A stretch of DNA of 62,807 nucleotides, counting the filler, from Sanchytrium tribonematis (lineage: Eukaryota), in the NCBI GenBank assembly GCA_018985235.1. It is 14 parts of 14 records of this genome, joined end to end, with 100 filler letters (N's around TTAATTAATTAA, not from the genome) between each part and the next. Parts side by side here need not be neighbours in the genome. Positions count along the whole stretch, not along the records: positions 29,409 to 47,890 come from JADGIG010000112.1; 13 more parts are not named here. The stretch is one strand, 5' to 3'. Below, one piece after another: positions 35,514-46,415 of the stretch; the stretch's first letter is position 1, and each line of letters begins with the position of its first letter. The position numbers and the translations under genes were made by a program. The notes beneath the pieces are model-generated. The model had not been told where the DNA came from, did no database searches, and worked only from the letters and a program-made list of their open reading frames with translations.

Positions 35514-36462
35514 ATGGCAGAAACTAATTACTTTCGCTTAGTATCTTTGGCACTTTTGGCTGCTTTGTACTTTTATGGATTTAGTGGATCAGATTCTGAA
35601 AAATCACGAAGAACACCTACACCTGTTTCTCAACCTCTTCTAAGTTTATGTAGCCGTGACAAGCCAAACGTAATATCCTTTGCTTTTACTGAGGGAGTTA
35701 CTGGTGCTGGTGCTTTAATGGCTCAAACACTCAAAAGTTATACTGGAAATCCAACAGCAATATTTTTTTACATTGACAAAGACTTTTACTTTCAGACTGA
35801 TAATGGTTATTCTGCACAACTGGTAGAAAATGGACACATAGTAGGTTTAAGATGGTACCAAAGTTGGACTGATACTGCAAAGCTTTCAAAATCTGCATTT
35901 CAACAAGCAATTATTGCTTCATCCGAAAAGATTAATAATCAAATTAATCAATACATCACCCCATCAAAAGCAGGAAAGTATTATCCTAAATATATTGCTT
36001 TTGACTATGCTGATTCTTCTAAAAAAAGTTTACTTCAGCAGTACTCTGGATATGCAGGTGAGTTGGGAATGTACACAGTCTTGAGTGATTTCATGCCTGA
36101 GTCAAACAATGAGAATTATGAGGCTGTAAAGTTAAATTATAAAGCTAAATTTGACAAGGACGTTGGAACCTTGGGTACTTTTGCCATTGCAATGCACCCT
36201 GGTAATCCGCAAGCTTCAGTTAGTGGTTCAAACATATTAGATTTGATCAACACAACCATTGCACCAGCTGGAAAGACAATTATTTCAATCTCCAATTGTT
36301 TATCCGCAGCAACTTTATATAGAACTGGTATTTCTTATTTATTTAGACAATGCATTACCAGCAGGAACTAGTTCTGACCCAGGCACTAAAGGATCTGCAA
36401 ATTTCGTGTCGCTATCATTCTTTTTGGCTACAATTTTATTGCTAGGTTATTTGGCATTGTAA
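35514..36462 (+). CDS. NodB/chitin-deacetylase-like protein lacking catalytic motifs, GPI-like tail; intron 36328..36346
   Basis: C-x4-VISFAFTEG resembles LTFDDG, and ENGHIVGLRW and ISISNCL also match. Splicing adds DNALPAGTSS...SFFLATILLLGYLAL. Confidence 0.72.
36328..36346 (+). other. 19-nt GT-AG intron
   Basis: GTATTTCTTATTTATTTAG; G|AC joins the ORF to the GPI-signal exon. Confidence 0.82.
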
Positions 36463-36478
36463 TAAAAATTCCATTTGT

Positions 36479-37051
36479 TTATTTAAACAACTTTTCAATT
36501 GTAGTTTTGCAGTCGTTAAAAACGATTTCAACATCTCTATCTCCGTTAACAGTATACACATTGCCCTTGTAATAATCGATTACAGGCATTGTCTGATCTT
36601 TGTAAACAACTAGTCTCTTTTTTATTGCTTCAGGATTATCGTCTAAGCGACCGCTATTTTGAGAACGTTTAAGAATTCTCTCGACAAGAACTTTTTCATT
36701 CTCAATATTTAAAAATAACACCCCTAAAATTTCGAATCTCTTGTCACTGCTGGCTTGTAGTTTCTCAATTTGAGCTTCAAAACTTTTGGCTTGTTCGATT
36801 TGCCTTGGGAAGCCGTCGACCAAGATGAGTGGATCAGTCATATGATCAAGAAGAAGCTCAATTGTGATATGGCTCGGAACAATCTGTCCATTTTTGATAT
36901 ACTCGTCGATCAATTCCCTATGCTTTTTGCTACTTCGCAATAAATCGCCAGCACTCAAATGTTGTGCCTTAAAGTGCTTCTTTAACAAATCACTCTGAGT
37001 TCCTTTACCACTTCCTGGTCCACCAAGAATAAATAGAATTTTAATCACCAT
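36479..37051 (-). CDS. UMP-CMP kinase (adenylate kinase family)
   Basis: Motifs FILGGPGSGKGTQ, HLSAGDLLR, LVDGFPR and SGRLDDN. Confidence 0.94.
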   Translation of the reverse strand: MVIKILFILGGPGSGKGTQSDLLKKHFKAQHLSAGDLLRSSKKHRELIDEYIKNGQIVPSHITIELLLDHMTDPLILVDGFPRQIEQAKSFEAQIEKLQASSDKRFEILGVLFLNIENEKVLVERILKRSQNSGRLDDNPEAIKKRLVVYKDQTMPVIDYYKGNVYTVNGDRDVEIVFNDCKTTIEKLFK

Positions 37052-37121
37052 TTCAGTTTTATGATTTCCCCTTACAAGATTAAAGCCTAAATTTATTGTT
37101 TTAAGAGATGTGGATAAAAAT

Positions 37122-38465
37122 TCATGTTCGATTTGCACTGCTATTGTCATCTTTTTTATCACCTTTCAACACGTTGCTCATAGTTATATCTAAGCTGCTA
37201 GCGCTCGCATCTAATGTCTGATTGCCATCAATTGTTTCCTTGAGCAAAATGGAAAGTTTCTGGCATCCAATTTTAGAAACAAGCATTTCAAGTCTATATT
37301 TTATAAGGTCGACATATAGCATGTTGGGTGACTTTTTATATAAATTTTGGCTAATATGCTTTATAAAAACTATTAAATCACATATTGAAGAAACCCGGTC
37401 TTTACAATATATACATAAATGGTGAGAGTTGGTGGTTTTACTTAGTATCGTGGTAGTCACTATCGTAAGAGTGAAGTATGGATGAAAATAAAGATCGTTA
37501 TCACAAATGCCACATTTAGATGGCCTTGATAGTTTTGTTGGGGATTTTGGGGGATTAGCTGTCACTATTCGAGAAATGTTGGGATCAACCGCAAAATAAT
37601 CAAGCTTATATGCATCTCTTAATGTATTTTCAATTAAAACACCCGTATTAATCTTTCCTTTGAGTAATAATTGCATTTCTTGTATTATAGGCTGCATGAA
37701 TTGATGTGTATTGACCAGAGTAATTAAATTAGGTAATGCACTTGAAAGGTCATCATCATAATTACTGAGCAAATCTTTGAGGTCAAGAGTGAATACCTCA
37801 AAAGACTCAATTTGTTTATCATCAATTTTATCAATCCATTTAACGCTAGATTTTTGGGTTTCTTTAACAGCATACATTTTGGTTTTTAGTTCCTTTAATT
37901 GGAGCCTTTCATTGTAAAGCTCGTCCTGTAATTGCGAAATTTTAACTTTTTGATTGCGATTATCTTGTTCCAAGTAAAAGTTTTTCTTATTTTCCTCAGC
38001 AACCATTCCATTGGCTTCCTCAAACAACGCTCGACTAAGCTCTTGTAATTCTGTATTTATGGCATTTTTCTCCTCCATGTAAAATAAAGATTTGTCCTGT
38101 TCCTCTTTTAGTTCCTTCTTATACTTGTCAAGTTCAATCATGAGCTCCTGAATTTTAAGTTCATATTCGATATTCCTACTCGACTCTAAGCCTTGAAGTT
38201 GATTGTATTTGGTGGTCAGATCTTTCAGCTGTTGAGACTGCTGTGCGTTTGTATCTTTAGCTTGGGAAAGTTTGTTATTAAGATAATGGTTTTTTTCACT
38301 CAAAGAATGGTTGCTATTTTGCAATTGGTGATATTCTTTCAAAAATATTGGAAATAATGTATTGCTGCATAATTGACATTTCAGATTAGTAGTGCCATCA
38401 GATGGCACAATTTTGGTATGGATACATTCCGCTTCTTTCGAAAATACCGATGAACTTTCTGACAT
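37122..38465 (-). CDS. SEC2: Sec2-like Rab GEF
   Basis: ELQELSRALFEEANGMVA coiled coil; C-terminal CGIC and LCIYCKDRVSSICD. Confidence 0.88.
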   Translation of the reverse strand: MSESSSVFSKEAECIHTKIVPSDGTTNLKCQLCSNTLFPIFLKEYHQLQNSNHSLSEKNHYLNNKLSQAKDTNAQQSQQLKDLTTKYNQLQGLESSRNIEYELKIQELMIELDKYKKELKEEQDKSLFYMEEKNAINTELQELSRALFEEANGMVAEENKKNFYLEQDNRNQKVKISQLQDELYNERLQLKELKTKMYAVKETQKSSVKWIDKIDDKQIESFEVFTLDLKDLLSNYDDDLSSALPNLITLVNTHQFMQPIIQEMQLLLKGKINTGVLIENTLRDAYKLDYFAVDPNISRIVTANPPKSPTKLSRPSKCGICDNDLYFHPYFTLTIVTTTILSKTTNSHHLCIYCKDRVSSICDLIVFIKHISQNLYKKSPNMLYVDLIKYRLEMLVSKIGCQKLSILLKETIDGNQTLDASASSLDITMSNVLKGDKKDDNSSANRT

Positions 38466-38498
38466 TTTAATTTCAAGTTTCAAAAATTTTGATTTATT

Positions 38499-40262
38499 TT
38501 ATTCGATTGACATTGCACTTTCTGGAAGTGCTCCACTTTGCTTTGCGTTCAAAAATGCTTGCTTTGCATCCTCAAAATTGAAGTTGCATTCTCTGAGACA
38601 CAATAGGGAATACCCAAAATTCATGCCAGTGCCTTTAATGAATTCTAAAACTAATTGATATTGTTGCAAATTTAAGTCGACTGGTTTCGTTAGAGGTAGT
38701 GTGAGTGATTCCCTTATGGTCAGCATATCGCTTTTAATCTTCATATCATTGTTTAGTAAAAAAACCCTATCGAATCCAAGTACTAAATTTGTTGAAAGAT
38801 CTTGAAAATCAGAGTGAATTACTAAAACATGCCCTGTATTTTCTGTTGGATAGAAGTCAAATAATATTTTAGTTTCATCAGTTAAAAAGGAATGAATAGT
38901 TCCAGGCAGCATCATTAAGGCTGGTCCAATTTCATTTCCATAGAATAAAGAATTGAATCTTTTTTGACTGTCTTTAGTAAACTTCATATTTCTACTTATC
39001 TGGGAATATTGCGCATAATCACTCATCGGTGAACTTCTTGGCTTGTTGAGTTGAACAGAAAAAAATGCATCAGGAGTATAGGCTTGCTGAAGTACCGAGC
39101 GATTGGTATCAAATGCGCCAAAGTAGTCCCCCACAAAGCGAAAAGCTTTATCCTTATCTACCAAAAAATTGGGCAGTACTACCTTTTCAAAATCTGTTCG
39201 AGGCACATCAAATTCGATGCCTTTTACTGGAGCGCCATCTAACTCTTTTAACGCTGGAAATCGTTTCAATATTTCATCTTGATAGTAAGAGCCTCCTTTA
39301 CTCATTTCGCTGGTGTATAGTGGAGAATCCTTCAAAATCAAATTTTGAATATTGCTTCCGTCCATGTGATCCAGATCAGTGTAAAATCTGATTCCGCTAC
39401 CTTGCAAGCTTAAATTTTTCAAGTGACTCAAATTACCCAAAGAATGTAGACAAGCTGTATTAGTAAGACTAGGATTCGCTTCTAGATTCAGCGAGAGTAA
39501 ATTGGGTAGATGATCGCATAAATATTTTACCAAAGCAGGCATTGCGTTACTTTGACTATCGAAGAATTTGATTTGCCTCTGATTAACCAAAGAATCTTGA
39601 CTTAAATTATTTAAATCCAAACAATTTATATCTTGCCTATATCTTTGAGCAACGATACTTTGAAATACATGTATCAAATCGCTTGTACCCTGTAATTGAT
39701 TTCTGCCTCTGTAGTTACTTGAACCTCTTGGCTCGTATTCTCTGGTGGTATATCTACTCCCACGACTAGTGCTATTGTTGTCACTTGAGTAGGTGTTGCG
39801 GGATCTTGGTTGGTAAGACCCGGAATCGCTATATCTGGATCCACGTTGGGAAGAAGTCTCATCATTATATCTACTAGCCCTCGGTCTATAATTTGATCTT
39901 GAAGCATCATCTCCGGAATTATAGCGTGAACGTGGTCTTTGAAAACCATCATCGTTCGAATACCTAGAGCCACGGTAATTTGAATTAGAAGTATCTTCAT
40001 TGTTATACCTGGAGCCTCTGTAGCTTGAGTTTGATGTGTCGTCATTATTGTATCTATTAGATCTATAATTTGTTGACCCTCGATCAGAATTTGAACTATA
40101 TCTCGGTCTGTAGGTTGATTCGCCTCTGTCAGAATTCGAATTATATCTTGGTCTATAATTTGATTCTCCTCTGGGTCTAGCGCGTGGCCTGTAACCTTCA
40201 ATGTAATTATTTCCTCTATAATTCCCTCTTCCGCGCTGGTTACCTTGAGCGCTGTCTTCCAT
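38499..40262 (-). CDS. MEX67: mRNA export factor Mex67/NXF1
   Basis: RG/RS-rich N-terminus, LRR, NTF2-like domain (FVGDYFGAFD, GFDRVFLL) and TAP-C (TGMNFGYSLLCL). Confidence 0.9.
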   Translation of the reverse strand: MEDSAQGNQRGRGNYRGNNYIEGYRPRARPRGESNYRPRYNSNSDRGESTYRPRYSSNSDRGSTNYRSNRYNNDDTSNSSYRGSRYNNEDTSNSNYRGSRYSNDDGFQRPRSRYNSGDDASRSNYRPRASRYNDETSSQRGSRYSDSGSYQPRSRNTYSSDNNSTSRGSRYTTREYEPRGSSNYRGRNQLQGTSDLIHVFQSIVAQRYRQDINCLDLNNLSQDSLVNQRQIKFFDSQSNAMPALVKYLCDHLPNLLSLNLEANPSLTNTACLHSLGNLSHLKNLSLQGSGIRFYTDLDHMDGSNIQNLILKDSPLYTSEMSKGGSYYQDEILKRFPALKELDGAPVKGIEFDVPRTDFEKVVLPNFLVDKDKAFRFVGDYFGAFDTNRSVLQQAYTPDAFFSVQLNKPRSSPMSDYAQYSQISRNMKFTKDSQKRFNSLFYGNEIGPALMMLPGTIHSFLTDETKILFDFYPTENTGHVLVIHSDFQDLSTNLVLGFDRVFLLNNDMKIKSDMLTIRESLTLPLTKPVDLNLQQYQLVLEFIKGTGMNFGYSLLCLRECNFNFEDAKQAFLNAKQSGALPESAMSIE

Positions 40263-40409
40263 TATTTGTTTTGAGGAGTTAACTTCTCAGTATTTTCCGC
40301 AATAAGATATTGAGAAGAAAATTATCGCTTGTATTATTTGGATTTGTTAACTATAACTTGGAGTGAATGCAAAATTTAATTTAATATTCTCCATTTGAAA
40401 CTTTACCAA

Positions 40410-42309
40410 ATGGCAAAAGAATATGAAGTCTTAAAATTTCAAGACGTACCTAAAGAAATCAAAAAGCAAAGAGTTAGAAGAAGAATTTTAAAGATATTTC
40501 CATACTTCCAACTCATTTCGATATTGTTAGCAGTAGCAGGCATTGTAAGCTGGCTTGTTTTACCAGCCATAACTAGGCATACTTATGTAAGCGAAAATGC
40601 ATTAATGCCTGGACAGGGAGAAATTGCTTTTAAGAATTTCGATTTATTTGAAAACTACTACAATGACCTGAAATCAAACGTGACGTTAGAACACGCTTTT
40701 TCACTTGTGAGTCAGGAAAAATTAACCGAGTTATACGCTTTACATAACAATTACATGCTTATGAGAAGTAAGTCTCAAAGAGGCGATGGTTCAGAGACAT
40801 TACTATTGTATTCCAGCATTTCCTCTCCATTGGCTTGTGCATTGTTGATGGCATACCATGAGGACTTACGAAATAGAAATTACCTTGCAAAAGATGTTGT
40901 CATTCTGATCACTAGAGACGAACCCAGTGGATCCTTTGAATTTGTTAAGGAGTGGTACCATTCAAATAAGAATCTGATCTGGAATAGACCTGGTGAAATT
41001 CAAGTTGCATTAGGCCTTTTATTAGATAGTAAGGATTTTGACACATTTGATATTTTGTACACAGGCCATCAGCCAAGACTTCCAAATTTAGATATAATTA
41101 ATATTTTGACGAGAATTACTCAAATGTATGGACTTAGAATGTCTGTTCATGGGTCTATGGCAATCGGCGGAAGCTCATATTTCGACTACTTAAGAAGAAT
41201 GGTTTGGATGGTGAGCAGCTTGATGATAGGAGACTTGGACAAACATTCCGCTCATTCTAATTTCGGAACTGTGGGACTGGATGCAGTCACAATTCATTGC
41301 AAGAATTCAAACACTACAAAGTCTTACTATACTGGAGATGGCGGTCAGTCATATAAAACTCACAATCCAAAACATGTTACTTTAGTTCTAGATTACATGA
41401 CTAGAGCGTTTAATAATTTGTTGGAAAAATTTCATCAATCATTTTATTTTTATATATTAGCGTCTCCTACTAAATATGTTAGCATAGCTGATATGTCTAT
41501 ACCCATTGGGATTTTATTAATTGCTTTAATTTTTCAGGCTATTGCGTTGTGGTATTACAGCGATTCTGGCTATGAATTTCAAAAGTATATTCCGAGACAT
41601 ACTTCTGAAAGTAGACCTGTACTTTCAATACTTAAGACAGTGATGGTCCCACTTGCAATAACTACTTTTTTATTTGGAGTTGTCTCAATCATCAAGCAAA
41701 TTCGTGTATTTCCGGATAACATCGTACAGATTTTTAATTTAGATATTTCCAATACATGCTGTGTTGAGTATGCTGATTCATATCATACTGATCTTAAGAA
41801 GCGAAGACATTTTTGATAATCTATTGGAAGATTTTTTCATTATAAAGCATCAACAACGAGATTGGATGGTTTTCAAATGCTTTTTGTGTGTGGGTGCCAC
41901 CTGCTATTTATTTGCTATATCGACCTTGAATTATTTCTTGTCCGCATTCATGACAACAATACTTGTTCCAGTAATTATTTTTATTGGTCCTCCGAAATCT
42001 TCTTATCACAGGACTTTTCTCAACTTGGGTTTACTGGCATTTAGCGCAAGTGGTTTATTTTTAGTTTCACAGACAATATATCAATTCAATTGGTCCTCAA
42101 TTGTAGATATTATTGAGATGTTGGGACTAGACATATCGGCTTTGAAGCTGATAAAACCCATTAACATTCCTCAATTATGGCTTGGTATGTTTAAAAAATG
42201 GTTTAAATTTGGCAATCCGTTTTATCCATCTTTGTTTATCGCGCATCAGGCTGCAATACTTGGCTGCGTCATGATTGTCAACGGATTTGCTTTCAATATG
42301 CAGGAATAA
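40410..42309 (+). CDS. GAA1: GPI transamidase subunit Gaa1; intron 41724..41742
   Basis: Motifs TYVSENALMPG, YLAKDVV, LPNLDIIN and NNLLEKFHQSFYFY; splicing links the C-terminal TM exon. Confidence 0.94.
41724..41742 (+). other. 19-nt GT-AG intron
   Basis: GTACAGATTTTTAATTTAG; removal fuses the two overlapping GAA1 ORFs (DNI|IFPIHAVLSMLIH). Confidence 0.85.
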
Positions 42310-42311
42310 AT

Positions 42312-42869
42312 TTATTGCTGTCCGATTATGGTATGAGTTTTTTCAACAATCTTTGATAGTGCAGCCAACCATTCTTTTTGTTTAGGAAGTATGTCAGCTT
42401 CACTTTTTCCAGCACTAAGATTTTCATAAAAGTTTTTTCTGTATGGAATTGCCTTCATAGCCAAACTAAAAATTGGCTTGACTAAAAAAGAATGATACTT
42501 TGATAGAGTTTGACCATAAGCAGTGCTAAAGCATTCGGAGAGTTCTTTGTTAGGGTTGTCTTGAGCCAGTTGGAGAGATTGACATGTGAAATTTAAACCT
42601 CTATTGAGCCACAACAATGCGCAAGTCGCTGTCCCACTTTTTTCAATCTCACCCTTTTGAATGAATTGATCCAATCTTTGTTCAACCAAGTTTTCAAGAG
42701 TGGCAATGTTTCCTAGTAGATCTTTCTTTACAGGCGCAAAAGCAGTAGGGCTGAGGTAATCAAATATTTTTACCAAATCTTTGCAAGCATTAATATATTC
42801 CACGCGATTAATTCCTTCTTCGACTTGAGTCACCTGAGCAAACGAGAAAATGCTATCAAAATATGACAT
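42312..42869 (-). CDS. Glycolipid transfer protein (GLTP/HET-C2 family)
   Basis: Motifs AFAPVKKDLLGNI, ALLWLNRGL and YGQTLSKYHSFLVKPIF. Confidence 0.93.
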   Translation of the reverse strand: MSYFDSIFSFAQVTQVEEGINRVEYINACKDLVKIFDYLSPTAFAPVKKDLLGNIATLENLVEQRLDQFIQKGEIEKSGTATCALLWLNRGLNFTCQSLQLAQDNPNKELSECFSTAYGQTLSKYHSFLVKPIFSLAMKAIPYRKNFYENLSAGKSEADILPKQKEWLAALSKIVEKTHTIIGQQ

Positions 42870-43043
42870 TCAGTTCGTTTCAGAAGTCGCGAAAATTATC
42901 TAGCACCAATAGAGGCGTATCATATTGCCGTCACTGTACAACGGGAGTCGAACTTTCGAGCAAGAGATGATCTGATGATTTATTTATAAGCAGCTGATTG
43001 GTAGAATTTTGAATATTTAGACACGAAGCCCCAGACTTTAAAA

Positions 43044-43226
43044 ATGAAATGCTCTTGCGGAAAAAAAGCTTCACTTGTCGGACAATGCCGATATTGCTCT
43101 AACAGTTTTTGCTTAAACCACCGATTACCCGAAGACCACAGCTGCTCTGGGGACTACAAAACAATTAAAAAAAATGAATTATCAGATAAATTACTGAATG
43201 AAAAATGCACGCCATCAAAGGTTTAG
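43044..43226 (+). CDS. Minimal AN1-type zinc-finger protein
   Basis: CSCGKK..CRYCSNSFCLNHRLPEDHSC. Confidence 0.88.
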   Translation: MKCSCGKKASLVGQCRYCSNSFCLNHRLPEDHSCSGDYKTIKKNELSDKLLNEKCTPSKV

Positions 43227-43441
43227 GTGCTTTTACAATAAATGCTTTAATGAATGGCAACTATTGGTAAATTACTCTCGTGAAAAATTTTGATTTCATT
43301 CTAAGATAAATAAATTAAGCAATAAAGATAAGTTACTGCGGCAGCTATAGAAAATATAGTTTCAAATATCTTATTCAAAATACCATAGTGGTTTTAAATC
43401 TGTTGCAAAGGAGGTAAATTTGTGACAGATTTTCTTAAATT

Positions 43442-45752
43442 ATGGATTTTTTTGATCAGAATGAAGAAGCCCCAGAAGCGATTGATTTTCCAATCTCTCC
43501 GGAGGAAATCGAAGACATCTTAAGGCCTGAAAGCCCTCATATATACAGTAATTATTTCAATTTATATCCTGAAGAAATTCCTAGTTTTGAGATATTGACA
43601 GCAGAAATGCCGCTAGTGAAAATAACATTCAGTGAAAAATCCATGGAAAAGCTCGAGACAAAATCAGATTCTGCAAATGAGATTGCAGACAATCTTAAAT
43701 TAATAATTGATAAAAGCTTCAAAGATTCAGATTTCGATCAAAAGGGTACCGAGAATATCGAAGAATCAAATGTGGAATCACTGCTCGATCAGATATCTCC
43801 ACCTGACTCTACAATGAAATTGAAGCCAAAGTTAAATATTGATATTCCGCCTTCACCTATTGAGATGCTTCCAAGTGCAAAGCCTGGCTCAAATCTTCCT
43901 ATTACGGCCAGATTATTAGAAAGAAATAGAAATTCAAGTATAACGTCCATGGCAACAAATATTAGCAACATTTTAAATAGCGAAGATAACTTTGCAATCC
44001 CCTCATTCGAAAAAGGGAATCCAACGATCTCTTGGGAAGAACTGGCGATATTTTCTGCTGAATACAAAGAGATGCTAATGAGATTATGTAGCGAGGAGTC
44101 ATTCTTGGTCCCTGATAAATTTTGGACCAAGATTGTTAATATGGAATTTCCCTTTGCTCAAAGTAAGGATGGCGCGTATGAAATTTGGTGTGCCCAAGAA
44201 TGCTTAAAATCTAGAATTTTAGAAAACTGCACTAAAAATGGAAATGTCTATGCCCTTTTGAATCACGTAGTTGTTAGACTATTAACTTTTTCAAACAAAT
44301 CTCAGCAACCTAGTAGAGACGTTTTAAATTGTCTCGGTTTGTTTAGATTTTTTGCACATGTAATCATGCAAGAGAATTGGGAATGTGCGCGACTTTGCTT
44401 TCTCCCTCCCGAAAACGACGATTCTCCTACAAAAGAGAAGTCTGAACTTCAAAGTTTGTCTGAACTCTTGGTCAAAATTGTGATAAGATCGGACATGGAA
44501 ACTATATTTCACAAGGCACTTTACAATGAAACTTGCCATTTATTGATTGTTTTATTAAGCAGCCAGATGCATCACGAACAAGACACAATAACTGAAATCC
44601 TTATGGGTGAAATTGACCACCGAGTGTACAACAGTTTGCTTTACAATTCATTGCATTTTTCAAATATGACATCCAGTGGAATACTAGGTTATTTTACTTC
44701 CGGTACTTCCATTGTGGACTATTCGAATAGGTTGAGTTGCCAATTGTTTTTGCTTTTGATCCAAAATAATGTTTTTATCCTTCATGAATTAAATCTGGAC
44801 TTTGGTATGCTCTACAACAGTATCAAACACATCCAAGATTATGAATTGTTAATAACTTTACTTTTTCTCGTCATTTCACATTCGAAAGATTTTACAGGGT
44901 ACATTATGTCAAAAGCTGATCCGGAGTCATTTATACTGCCAGTTTTGCAATGCATGTATTCGAATTTGCGGAAAAAATGTCATGCTTCAAAATTTTATGT
45001 CCCCTCCATCCTGTTATTTTTAATGAGCCAAGACAAAGTTTATCTAGGACAACTTCAAAATGCTAAAGTCGGCACTCCAGAATGGTTTTTAGATAAAAGA
45101 ATGGGAAATACAAGCCTGCTCAATATTATATTTACTAGCTGCACTTATCTGCTTGTTTATAATGCTAGTGGTCTCAAAGATTCTTATATCCAAACAAATT
45201 GCCTTTCAATCCTTTATAACATGGCCGTTTTCATAAAGAATCTACACCCTTATGCCGCTCAAAAGTTTGTAAGTATGTTGGAATCATTTTTCAAAAAATT
45301 CATTCGATCCAGTGAAGAGGAAGAAAAAGCTGCGCTAAAAAGTATTATTTTATGTTTAATTCAAATTATTAACGGACTAATTTCTACAAACATTCAACAA
45401 AATCCGCATATTGTTTATGTGTTGATTCAAAAACTGAATTTTGTAGAGGCAATGTCGCAACATGAAGAATTTGAACCTTACTTTCACAATATATCAACAG
45501 TACTTGCTTTTAATATAGGTTGCTCATATGCTTGATGACTTTATAAATAGTGATAATCTCAACGATCCTGAGCAATTATTTTCAATGGTTGAAAATGAAT
45601 TGCGGAAACCTATAAAATTGGAAGATTGTCCTATTCTCCAATTAACTTGTTCAATTGAATACGAATTTTTTCTTCCTCACATATGGGCGGAAATAGTCGA
45701 ATACCCTTTAATATATTGGGGAATTGGCAACCCATATGAGATTTTCGAATAA
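43442..45752 (+). CDS. Dymeclin/Hid1-family protein; intron 45500..45518
   Basis: Motifs YIMSKADPE, DSYIQTNCLSILYNMA, LHPYAAQKFVS and NPHIVYVL. Splicing adds the EFFLPHIW exon. Confidence 0.87.
45500..45518 (+). other. 19-nt GT-AG intron
   Basis: GTACTTGCTTTTAATATAG; removal gives NIST|VAHMLDD in frame. Confidence 0.87.
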
Positions 45753-45771
45753 AATTTTCCCCTTAATTCCC

Positions 45772-46389
45772 ATGGAGGAACTCTCAGCAGAAGCACGCGC
45801 TGCATTGTGTGAATTTCTTGCAGAAGAGCAGCAGTACATTGACCAGTTTGAGCAATTAAAATCGAATTCAGAAAAGTTGTTCACTATGAAAGTTTTTAAA
45901 GAAAATTGGCAATTGTCGCAATTTTGGTATGACGACAAAACTGCTTCCACTTTAGCCAATGAAGCAATTCGCTTAGTTGGAATCATAGGTTTTGTATCTT
46001 CTCCAACCGCTTATGTAAAATACAAATCATTGACAAGTAAGCCAGCTGTTTTATTTGAATTTGATGAAAGATTCGCTTGCTATGACGAATTTGTGCATTT
46101 TGATTACAATGATCCTTATAATGTAGATTTGAAATTACACAATCATTTTGATGTCTTAGTAGTTGACCCTCCATTTTTGTCTGAAGAATGTTTGCTAAAA
46201 ACTTGGAAATTTGTGAAAATTTTGGGTAGTCTAGAATGCAAAGTTATATTATGTACTGGAAAAACTATGGAAAAACATTTACTGAAATTGGGTTTTCAGG
46301 AAACTAAATTCAAGCCTATGCACGAAAAAGAAAGGCTTTCCAATGACTTTGGTTGCTTTATCAACTATGAGAGTGAAAATTTGAAGTAA
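45772..46389 (+). CDS. EFM5: eEF1A lysine methyltransferase EFM5/N6AMT2
   Basis: Motifs ENWQLSQFWYD, LFEFDERF and VVDPPFLSEEC. Confidence 0.93.
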   Translation: MEELSAEARAALCEFLAEEQQYIDQFEQLKSNSEKLFTMKVFKENWQLSQFWYDDKTASTLANEAIRLVGIIGFVSSPTAYVKYKSLTSKPAVLFEFDERFACYDEFVHFDYNDPYNVDLKLHNHFDVLVVDPPFLSEECLLKTWKFVKILGSLECKVILCTGKTMEKHLLKLGFQETKFKPMHEKERLSNDFGCFINYESENLK

Positions 46390-46415
46390 ATTTATTTAAA
46401 ATGTATTGATTAATT

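Noticed and set aside
32367..45518. Split ORFs in HGD, GAA1 and dymeclin read as pseudogenes or programmed frameshifts
   Set aside because: Each split is resolved exactly by a 19-nt GT-AG intron with a shared consensus.
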